From assembly GCA_964449105.1 (NCBI GenBank), contig CAYUYD010000002.1, positions 1 to 34,557 of the forward strand: a stretch of 34,557 nucleotides of DNA, written 5' to 3'. The DNA comes from an uncultured Planctomycetaceae bacterium. GTDB taxonomy: Bacteria > Planctomycetota > Phycisphaerae > SM23-33. A program made the position numbers and the translations under genes. Shown here piece after piece: positions 25,914 to 33,186 of the stretch. Numbering within the stretch: the stretch's first letter is position 1; each line of letters starts with the position of its first letter. The notes under the pieces are model-generated. The model was not told the origin of the DNA, searched no databases, and saw only the letters and a list, made by a program, of their open reading frames with translations.

Positions 25914-26543
25914 CTACGCTTTCTGGTCCGCCCAGGCCGCCAGGCTCAGTAAAAGACTCTTCTTCAGCGCTGTCAGGTGATGCGAATCCGGGCCGAAACC
26001 CGCCCCCGCATCCAATATAGACTGCACAATTATTCCATTCACGACAGCCAGTATCAGCGAAGCCGCCACATTCGGGTCTATATCAGCGCGGAATTGGCCT
26101 GACTCGATGCCCTGGGTAACAATTGCGCCTATCCGCCCGCGCCACCGGCTGAACATCTGCTCGAACATCTCCGCCAGTTCGCCCCGGTGCTGCTGGCGGG
26201 CAGCCGTCGCCCAAAACTCCAGCAGAAGGGCGCCGATAGCGGTATAACTCCCAAGCCGGACAAATACGTTATCCACCAGTTTCTGAAGTTTCTCATCGGC
26301 GGGAACCGCTTCGGCCACCAGTTGCTCGACCTCGGCCTCATCGCCGGAAATAACCTCGGCGAACAGTTGCGAGAAGAGGTCCTGCTTGCTGCGAAAATAG
26401 TTGTAGATACTTCCCTTGGAAACGCCGGCTTCGACGGCAACCGCCTCCATCGTAGTCGCGGCGTAGCCGTGGGCGTGAAATACCTTCCCCGCAGCCGCTA
26501 ATACCACGCTACGCTTGTCAGTTGTCCCTTTTGCACCGCTCAT
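25914..26543 (-). CDS. TetR/AcrR-family transcriptional regulator
   Basis: The N-terminal HTH is AAGKVFHAHGYAATTMEAVAVEAGVSKGSIYNYFRSKQDLF. It sits 32 nt upstream of the MFP gene on the same strand. Confidence 0.92.
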   Translation of the reverse strand: MSGAKGTTDKRSVVLAAAGKVFHAHGYAATTMEAVAVEAGVSKGSIYNYFRSKQDLFSQLFAEVISGDEAEVEQLVAEAVPADEKLQKLVDNVFVRLGSYTAIGALLLEFWATAARQQHRGELAEMFEQMFSRWRGRIGAIVTQGIESGQFRADIDPNVAASLILAVVNGIIVQSILDAGAGFGPDSHHLTALKKSLLLSLAAWADQKA

Positions 26544-26559
26544 CTCGTTTCACCACAAC

Positions 26560-26583
26560 AAATGACTGACCAGTCAGTCATTT
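26560..26583. promoter_or_regulatory. Perfect 11-2-11 palindrome, candidate TetR operator
   Basis: AAATGACTGAC-ca-GTCAGTCATTT lies 17 nt upstream of the tetR start codon, in the 204-nt tetR/leuB divergent spacer. Confidence 0.6.
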
Positions 26584-26747
26584 ACTATTATAGGATATGT
26601 ATTGAGTTATGACAACGGGATTTTTTGTGAATTTTCCGGATGGGTGCTGTTACCGAAGACGATATTATGTCTTGCCGTTTGGGAGGTGTGCCGGTACACT
26701 CAGCGGCTCAGTAACGAGGAGTAATCCAGGTAAAAGGGACACAGGCG

Positions 26748-27845
26748 ATGAAGATAGCGGTCATAGGCGGCGACGGGACAGGTCCGGAAGTGGTGGCAGA
26801 GGGCCTGAAGGTCCTCAAGGCGGCAGCCGATAAGGTCGGCTTCGAGTACAAGACAAAAGATTTCAACGTAAGCGGCAACAGGTATCTAGCCGACGGCGGC
26901 GACCCTGAAAAACCCTCTATTCCGATCATCCACGAAGAGGAAATTGAGGAACTTAAAACCTTCGACGCGATCTATCTTGGCGCAGTCGGCCACCCCGACG
27001 TAGCGCCGGGCATCCTGGAGAAGGGGCTGTTGCTGCGTCTGCGTTTCACGCTGGACCAGTACGTCAACCTCCGCCCGGTGGTTCTCTATCCCGGCGTGCA
27101 GTGCCCACTGGCCGATAAAGGCCCCGACGACATCAACTTCGTGGTCGTCCGCGAGAACACCGAAGGCCTCTACAGCGGCATGGGCGGCGTCCAGTACAAG
27201 GACACGCCCCACGAGGTGGCTACGCAGATAATGTGCAATACGCGCCATGGCGTGGAGCGCGCCGTCCGCTACGCCTTCGAACTGTGCCGACGCCGAAACG
27301 ACAAGAAACTCCTGACGCTGGTGGCGAAGACCAACGTCCTGACATTCGCACACGACCTGTGGTGGCGGGCGTTCAACGAAGTGGCAGCCGAATACAACGA
27401 CATCGAGACCGATTACAATCACGTCGATGCCTGCTGCATGTGGTTCGTCAAGAACCCCGAGCACTACGACACGATCGTTACCTGCAACATGTTCGGCGAC
27501 ATAATTACGGACCTGGGCGCGATGATTCAGGGCGGAATGGGAGTCGCAGCCGGGGGGAACATCAACCCCAAAGGCGTCAGCATGTTCGAGCCGATTGGCG
27601 GCTCTGCCCCAAAGTACACCGGAAAGAACGTCATCAACCCGATCGCGGCAATCGCGGCGATGGGTATGCTGCTGCGGGAGACTGGACAGAACACCGGCGA
27701 CAATAAACTCGCCGATGCAGGCCTGCGGATCGAATCGGCCATAAGGTCCGTCACGCCGAAGATGAAGTCGCAGTCTGCCGGTAAAATGGGATTCACCACC
27801 ACCGAAGTAGGCGACCTTGTCGCAGAGGCGGTTCGTTCGGCCTAG
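26748..27845 (+). CDS. leuB: 3-isopropylmalate dehydrogenase (actinobacterial/TtuC-type member of the isocitrate/isopropylmalate dehydrogenase family)
   Basis: MKIAVIGGDGTGPEV, FDAIYLGAVGHPDV, EKGLLLRLRFTLDQYVNLRPV, VVVRENTEGLYSG, KTNVLTF, NMFGDIITDL and FEPIGGSAPKYTGKNVINPIAAI. It is close to mycobacterial-type LeuB as I recall it. A tartrate/D-malate dehydrogenase specificity cannot be excluded. Confidence 0.8.
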   Translation: MKIAVIGGDGTGPEVVAEGLKVLKAAADKVGFEYKTKDFNVSGNRYLADGGDPEKPSIPIIHEEEIEELKTFDAIYLGAVGHPDVAPGILEKGLLLRLRFTLDQYVNLRPVVLYPGVQCPLADKGPDDINFVVVRENTEGLYSGMGGVQYKDTPHEVATQIMCNTRHGVERAVRYAFELCRRRNDKKLLTLVAKTNVLTFAHDLWWRAFNEVAAEYNDIETDYNHVDACCMWFVKNPEHYDTIVTCNMFGDIITDLGAMIQGGMGVAAGGNINPKGVSMFEPIGGSAPKYTGKNVINPIAAIAAMGMLLRETGQNTGDNKLADAGLRIESAIRSVTPKMKSQSAGKMGFTTTEVGDLVAEAVRSA

Positions 27846-27884
27846 AGCAGTTAACGATTGGGTGTAGCGGCTGCGGCGCTGTGG

Positions 27885-27932
27885 CACGGGCGTCTCGCCC
27901 GTGGAATCATGGCCGAGACGGCCATGCTACGC
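27885..27932. repeat. Twin GC-rich perfect hairpins (REP-like element) between the convergent leuB and hisF-like genes
   Basis: CACGGGCG-tct-CGCCCGTG (27885..27903) and CATGGCCG-aga-CGGCCATG (27908..27926) are each an 8-bp stem with a 3-nt loop. They are followed by ctacgc. No U-tract is present. Confidence 0.75.
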
Positions 27933-28014
27933 TATACACAATCTTAAATTGCTCTAATGACGTCGATAAGGTCTGCGGCCCGATGAATTGGGCGGTTCGG
28001 ATGGGCGATGCAGG

Positions 28015-28818
28015 TTACAGGGCTGCATTGAGTTCCTGGCGGGTGGGGAAATTGACCAGCACCGCCCGCCTGCGTCCGTGAAAGACGAAGAGGCTTCCGG
28101 CGGCTACGGCCGAGGCGCCGCCGACCCTGACCGCCTCGGTAAAATCAGCGACCTTTCCGGCGCCCCCGCAGGCGACGACTGGAATGCTGACGGCATCGGA
28201 AACCATCCTTATCAACTCGATATCGTAGCCGGCCATTGTGCCGTCGCGGTCAATGGACGTCAGCAGAATCTCCCCGGCGCCCATCTGCTCCATCCTGCGG
28301 GCAAAGGCTGTCGGATCAAGTTTCGTCCGCTCCCTGCCGGAATGCGAGCGCACCTCGTATCTGCCCAGCCGGCTTTTCTTGACGTCAATGGCAATTACGA
28401 TGCTCTGGCTGCCTACAATTCCCGCCGCCCGTTCGATGAAATCAGGCCTAACGACGGCGCTGGTGCAGATGACCACCTTTTCAAAACCGATGCCGAGAAC
28501 CCTGCGGATGTCGTCGATGTCGGTAATGCCCCCGCCGTAACTCATCGGCATGAAACAGTTGTTGGCGATGTCCGACAGCAGGCCGAACGACGGCTTTCGT
28601 TTTTCGGCTGTGGCGGTGATGTCCAGAATGCTCAGTTCGTCAACTTCCTTGTCGTTGAATATCTTGACGATGTTAATCGGATCGCCCAGATAGACGGGGT
28701 CGCCGAACCGCGTAGTTTTGACGAAGCCGGTATGCTTCAGCAGCAGGCAGGGGATAACTCTGACGTTAATCATTTCCGGGTTCATCTGCCGCTCATTCCT
28801 GGTGAGATTACATGTCAT
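28015..28818 (-). CDS. HisF-like cyclase subunit paralog (WbuZ/HisF2/AglZ-type acetamidino-modification protein)
   Basis: RVIPCLLLKHTGFVKTTRF start and a (beta/alpha)8 pattern with DELSILDI, MPMSYGGGI, SIDRDGTMAGYD and VVACGGAG. It is adjacent to the HisH-like and WbuX-like genes rather than to his genes. The start could be 28818, 28785 or 28773. Confidence 0.85.
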   Translation of the reverse strand: MTCNLTRNERQMNPEMINVRVIPCLLLKHTGFVKTTRFGDPVYLGDPINIVKIFNDKEVDELSILDITATAEKRKPSFGLLSDIANNCFMPMSYGGGITDIDDIRRVLGIGFEKVVICTSAVVRPDFIERAAGIVGSQSIVIAIDVKKSRLGRYEVRSHSGRERTKLDPTAFARRMEQMGAGEILLTSIDRDGTMAGYDIELIRMVSDAVSIPVVACGGAGKVADFTEAVRVGGASAVAAGSLFVFHGRRRAVLVNFPTRQELNAAL

Positions 28819-29425
28819 GGACGAAGTGCCTCATCAATTCCATGCCGTATTTGTGGCTTTTCTCAGGGTGAAACTGCGTGCCGACGATATTATCCTTAAC
28901 CACAGCCGAGGTGAACTCCACTCCATACCAACTGGTCGCCAGCACGTTCAACGGATCGCTGCATCGCAGGTGGTAGGAATGGACGAAATAAAATCGCCGC
29001 GCCGCCTCCGTGTCAGGCAGGAGCGGGTGAGGCCTCTTGACGGCGATGGTGTTCCACCCCATGTTGGGAATCTTCAGGCGGCGATTGGAAGGATCGAACG
29101 TGAACCGCACCACATCGGCGTCAATCCACCCCAGCCCCGGTTCGGGCCCTTCCTCGCTTCGACGGGCAAAAAGCTGCATCCCCAGACAAATGCCCAGGAT
29201 CGGCGCCCTGTCGTTCAGCACCCTCGCCGTCAGGACGTCTATACAACCCAGATCGCGGAGGCATTTCATACCGTTGTCAAACGCCCCGACACCGGGCAGG
29301 ATAAGTTTCTCCGCATCGGCGATCTCGCGCGCATCGGCGGAAAGAACGGCCCTGCCGCCAACCTTCCTGACCATGTTGACGATGGATCCGAAATTGCCCA
29401 TCCCGTAATCAACGATAACTATCAT
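28808..29425 (-). CDS. HisH-like glutamine amidotransferase subunit paralog (WbuY/HisH2-type)
   Basis: MIVIVDYGMGNFGSIVNM, LILPGVGAF, ILGICLGMQL (catalytic Cys) and GTQFHPEKS. The ATG at 29425 is chosen. The track's 71-codon N-terminal extension is Arg-rich junk that overlaps the upstream gene. Confidence 0.88.
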   Translation of the reverse strand: MIVIVDYGMGNFGSIVNMVRKVGGRAVLSADAREIADAEKLILPGVGAFDNGMKCLRDLGCIDVLTARVLNDRAPILGICLGMQLFARRSEEGPEPGLGWIDADVVRFTFDPSNRRLKIPNMGWNTIAVKRPHPLLPDTEAARRFYFVHSYHLRCSDPLNVLATSWYGVEFTSAVVKDNIVGTQFHPEKSHKYGMELMRHFVHDM

Positions 29426-29486
29426 ACAATTCCGCCCGTAATGACTACCGGAAAGATCGCCCCCTTCGCTCCAGACCGACGCAGGC

Positions 29487-30623
29487 CTATCCAAGGTACT
29501 TAAAATACAGGATCGGCGAGACAATGCCCAGTTTATAGGCGATCCTGATGGGCGCCCGCATCGCCCGGATAAGCGGATAATACGTCGGATAATCGCGGAA
29601 CGACTTCGGCGGCGTCGCCATAATCTCCTTCCACTCATTCATCGTCAACCCCAGTTTCTTCACGCAGTATTCCACGAGTTCCGGGTCTGTCGGATAGGGG
29701 TTGTCGGTAATTTCGGCCAAAGCCTCTTCCCTGCCCTTATGTCCGGAGCGTATCAGGGCCGACAGTTCCAGCCTCCTCTTGTCCACGTTGAATTTCGGCG
29801 CAAACAGTGCCGACTGGCAAAAATGCGTATAGGAAGATTCGTGGTGATGCCCCCCGTAATATTCCCATCCTAGTTCTTCGGTCAAAACCTTCTGGACCTC
29901 CGCGTGCCGGTACGGGATGTAATTCAGGATCGGCACAGCCTTAATCCGCTTGATGAACGAATAATAGACGTACTCGGCGGCAGTGAAGTTGGGCACGGTC
30001 TTTTGTCTGATCCTGCCGAATTTCTTCCGTATGTTCCGAATATATCGGCCGTCCATGTAAGTCCATTCGATCGGGGCGATGCCCTCGGTTCGGAACGAAT
30101 GCCCCAGTATGATGTAGCGAACGCCTTCCCTGACAGCCGCCTGGTGCAGCGTCCCGTGAATGGCGATGTCAGTGGGCACTTCCGCTTCGGGGACCGATGC
30201 CTTCAGAAACGCGATCTGGAGGTCCTTGAATTCGTCCCAGTTCGCCACGTGCGTGTGCAGGTCAACCTTCAGTCGGGTGCATGCGTTCTGGATATTGCGG
30301 ACGGCTATTTCGGAATCCCAGCCGTTGTCGAAATGCACCGCCAGCGGCCTCAAACCCATCTTTGCCGCCAGGTACAGGCTCCAGGTGCTGTCTCTTCCGC
30401 CGCTAACCCCCGCCACGCAGTCATATTCCTTTTTCCGTCCGGCGTGCCTGATCTTCTCAACGATCTCGCCAAGTCGCCGCGTGCCTTCATCGCCGAGAGG
30501 ATATATCCTTTCCAGCACGTCGTGGGCCTTACAGTATTTGCACACCCCCTCGGCATCAAAGTCGATGCCGGGAAGGCTCGTGTCCGAGATGCAGCGCGTG
30601 CAAATTTGATAAGGTCTGCCCAT
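29487..30623 (-). CDS. N-acetyl sugar amidotransferase (WbuX/WbpG/LfnA/PseA family, PP-loop ATP pyrophosphatase)
   Basis: N-terminal zinc ribbon CTRCISDTSLPGIDFDAEGVCKYCKAHD, PP-loop CVAGVSGGRDSTW, and HFDNGWDSE. The ATG at 30623 (MGRPYQIC) is chosen over the track start at 30758. Confidence 0.88.
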   Translation of the reverse strand: MGRPYQICTRCISDTSLPGIDFDAEGVCKYCKAHDVLERIYPLGDEGTRRLGEIVEKIRHAGRKKEYDCVAGVSGGRDSTWSLYLAAKMGLRPLAVHFDNGWDSEIAVRNIQNACTRLKVDLHTHVANWDEFKDLQIAFLKASVPEAEVPTDIAIHGTLHQAAVREGVRYIILGHSFRTEGIAPIEWTYMDGRYIRNIRKKFGRIRQKTVPNFTAAEYVYYSFIKRIKAVPILNYIPYRHAEVQKVLTEELGWEYYGGHHHESSYTHFCQSALFAPKFNVDKRRLELSALIRSGHKGREEALAEITDNPYPTDPELVEYCVKKLGLTMNEWKEIMATPPKSFRDYPTYYPLIRAMRAPIRIAYKLGIVSPILYFKYLG

Positions 30624-30765
30624 AGCGTATTCTTTCCGGATCAAACTCAAAACGCCCGCCCGCCTTCCAATCCGTAAAAATTCGTTTCGCAACCCGGCAA
30701 TGTCATACCGCGCGTGAGCAAACCATTGCAAAGGAAAAGATTCCCGCCCGGCGGACAAGGGAAAA

Positions 30766-31341
30766 TCAAAAGTTCAGTTTCTCATGCGCCGAGGCGCCTG
30801 ATGCCGTCCGGGCGGCGAGGTGTTCCGCCACCATTTCGATATATGTCTTTGTGATTGTCGGTTCGCCGGTCAGGCCGAGGATTTTTCGAGCGGACTGGAC
30901 TGTCTTCTCATCGCCGGCTTCGATTTCCAGGAAGAATCCCAGAGCAGGCAGTTCGTCCAGTTCGATTCTCGCAGCGCCGAGGCAGAAACTCTCCCGCCGC
31001 TTCTGAAATGAGGCCGTCGGCTGATACCCAAGTCCCGCCAGTATTGCCCGGGCAGCAGCGGGTGAGTCTATGGCGGTCTCCTCTTCGGCCCGGATTTTCA
31101 GTTCGCCCGCCCGTCGCGGACCTTTATAGGTAAGAACGCTTCGCCCCGCCCCGCCGTCGGTCGGTTTGACGGTCCTGATTCTCAGCCCGCAATCGCTTTG
31201 ACGAAGGCGGGCATCGGGCGTGTCGAAATAGGTATTGTCTTCCAGGACGGTTCCCATCGGGCAAGCCCCGGCAGCGAGTAACTTCCTGCGCATCGTCTCC
31301 ATGTCGCCGATGCGAAACTTGGCTTCTATCTCGATTCCCAT
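30766..31341 (-). CDS. CYTH-domain protein (class IV adenylyl cyclase CyaB / inorganic triphosphatase family)
   Basis: MGIEIEAKF carries the ExExK signature. The size of about 190 aa and the RIRT...LTYKG...ELDELPALGFFLEIE pattern are typical of CyaB-like CYTH proteins. Confidence 0.8.
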   Translation of the reverse strand: MGIEIEAKFRIGDMETMRRKLLAAGACPMGTVLEDNTYFDTPDARLRQSDCGLRIRTVKPTDGGAGRSVLTYKGPRRAGELKIRAEEETAIDSPAAARAILAGLGYQPTASFQKRRESFCLGAARIELDELPALGFFLEIEAGDEKTVQSARKILGLTGEPTITKTYIEMVAEHLAARTASGASAHEKLNF

Positions 31342-31386
31342 GTCCGCATTGTACAGGCAGTCGGCAGCCAAATGAAGGGCCGGACC

Positions 31387-32934
31387 TCACTCGCCGCCTT
31401 TGTCCTGGTCCGGTCGGCCGTTGTTATTCTCTCCCCCGCGTCGCCAGCTCAGCGCCCGCAGCGGCCAGAACAGCCTGGGCATGACGTTGCTGTATGCGTT
31501 GAACCACATATGCCTGACCACGTCGCGGAGCGGCTTGGCGCGCGGGTCGGGCATGCCGATCAGCCAGAGTATAGCTACGGCCCGCGCCGCCATGGAGACC
31601 AGGAAGGTAACGTGATAGTTGTTCAATAAAAACGGCCCGACGTGCACGGGGAGACCACGGAGCGACTGGGCGATTTGTCCGCCGACCAGCCCCCCCGTGA
31701 ATCCGCCGACCGCGACGGCAACGGCGGCTGCGGCGATGTACCTGCTCCTTCCGGGCGTCTCGGAAAAACCCAGCATCACGTTGATCTGCGCCAGGTTTAT
31801 CGCCGGCCAAAGCGCCCCGCCCACAAAGAAGGACTCCGCCGCACCGAGCACGTAGGCCAGGGTCGGGTTGCCGACCGGCATGAAAATCCACACAAGCGGG
31901 ACAGAGACGATGCCGGCCGTCGCCAGAATGAGTATAGGCCGGCGGCCCCACCGGTCAATAAGCCTTCCCCACAGGCGAACCATCATCAATGAACTGATCG
32001 CCGGAAAGACCACGAAGACTACGTTGGCGCCCAGTTTGGTGTAGCCGATGTTCTCCAGTGCGTTGAGCCAGAAGAACTGTCCGCTGACGGTTATGGCGAA
32101 GGTAATGGTGGCCCCGAAGAGGGCGTAATGGCGGAAGAGGCGGTTGCGGAATGCTTCCACGACGATCCGGAGCGGTTCTGCCAGGGCGCCAGCCAGACCC
32201 GCCAGGGTGATTGGCTGCCGGCGAGAGGCCTGCCTGTCGGTCAGCGCCGGCGAGACTACCTCCCGAATCCGCAGGAACAGCAAGGCGTCAATGGTTCCGA
32301 ATACTGCCGCGACGACGAAGATGCCGCAGACTGTCCATAGCAGCACCGGCTGGGCCTGAACCGTCATGGGCGCGCCGGCGGCGGTGGCGCGGTCCAGGAG
32401 GATGCCGGCGGCAATGGTTGCCGCCACGTAGATCGGCAGCGCCCGCCGGCTGCGGGCTGCGAAGTACCGCCCGCGAATCCGCCGGGGAATCAAATCACCC
32501 ATCCAGGCCAACCAGTTCGGTTCGGCCAGGTGGGCCAGCACGCAATAAGCCGCAAAGACGGTCATAAATGCTGCAACGGCGGCCCTTCCAGGTCGCAGCA
32601 GCAGCGGCACCGCCGCAATTACCAGCCACAGCGAACGATTGATGCAGGCAAAGAAAATGAAGTGGTACTTCCGCAGACCGGTCCGCTCGATGATCATTGA
32701 TGCGACAAGTTGGGCAAACGTCGCAGCGAATGGAATGGCCGCCAGTATGCCGAAGTCGTAGTCGCTGAACCCCAGCAGCCGACCGAAGACCACCATCTGG
32801 CTGCCGGAAACGAACGCCATCCACACGATGCCGAACATCCACGCCGCCGTTACCGTTCGCATCGACGAGCGGAGGTCCCGCCTCCGAACGCTCAACGCCG
32901 GGAGGACCTCAAAAGTTTTCTGCCGCCAAGACAT
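31387..32934 (-). CDS. MFS-type transporter
   Basis: 515 aa with about 12-14 hydrophobic helices. It has an ERTGLRKY-type loop between TM2 and TM3 and a RLIDRWGRRP loop in the second half, both like MFS signature loops. The substrate is unknown. Confidence 0.75.
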   Translation of the reverse strand: MSWRQKTFEVLPALSVRRRDLRSSMRTVTAAWMFGIVWMAFVSGSQMVVFGRLLGFSDYDFGILAAIPFAATFAQLVASMIIERTGLRKYHFIFFACINRSLWLVIAAVPLLLRPGRAAVAAFMTVFAAYCVLAHLAEPNWLAWMGDLIPRRIRGRYFAARSRRALPIYVAATIAAGILLDRATAAGAPMTVQAQPVLLWTVCGIFVVAAVFGTIDALLFLRIREVVSPALTDRQASRRQPITLAGLAGALAEPLRIVVEAFRNRLFRHYALFGATITFAITVSGQFFWLNALENIGYTKLGANVVFVVFPAISSLMMVRLWGRLIDRWGRRPILILATAGIVSVPLVWIFMPVGNPTLAYVLGAAESFFVGGALWPAINLAQINVMLGFSETPGRSRYIAAAAVAVAVGGFTGGLVGGQIAQSLRGLPVHVGPFLLNNYHVTFLVSMAARAVAILWLIGMPDPRAKPLRDVVRHMWFNAYSNVMPRLFWPLRALSWRRGGENNNGRPDQDKGGE

Positions 32935-33080
32935 TCCAGCCGCCCATGTAAATCAGTAACGACAAATCAGAGGGTTAGATACGCTGCAACGACGGGCAAG
33001 TCCAATGGAAAAAGGAAAATCGAACTTTTTCGCGCTCCCCAGCGGGCCGCCTCCGCCCCGCAAAAACCACAACAAAATTA

Positions 33081-33170
33081 ACCGCAGAGAACGCAAAGGA
33101 GTTAAAAATAGCCAAACCAAAAAACAATATTTTTCTCTGTTTCTCTGCGGTCTCTGCGCGCTCTGCGGTG
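33081..33170. repeat. CTCTGCG-type short repeat array plus an 11-nt inverted repeat in the MFS/enolase-family divergent spacer
   Basis: ACCGCAGAGAA (33081..33091) is the reverse complement of TTCTCTGCGGT (33141..33151). Four CTCTG(CG) units lie between 33135 and 33167 (ttttCTCTGtttCTCTGCGGtCTCTGCGCGCTCTGCGGtg). A T8 run follows. Confidence 0.7.
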
Positions 33171-33186
33171 AAGTTCTTTTTTTTAT

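Noticed and set aside
26584-26747. A leucine leader-peptide attenuator or T-box upstream of leuB.
   Set aside because: There is no short Leu-rich ORF, and no terminator/antiterminator pair or T-box motif that I can see.
21503-27884. The TetR-MFP-RND-leuB segment as a mobile element or genomic island.
   Set aside because: There is no integrase, transposase, tRNA, flanking direct repeat or inverted terminal repeat, and the GC content resembles that of the flanking genes. Only the interruption of the glycan pathway hints at rearrangement.
27885-27926. The twin hairpins as a classical bidirectional Rho-independent terminator.
   Set aside because: The stems are strong, but no U/A tract flanks either hairpin. 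They are therefore reported as a REP-like repeat. A termination role remains possible but unsupported.
33131-33170. The CTCTGCG repeat block as a CRISPR array.
   Set aside because: The units are only 7-10 nt, are contiguous without spacers, and number about four. No cas genes are in the window.
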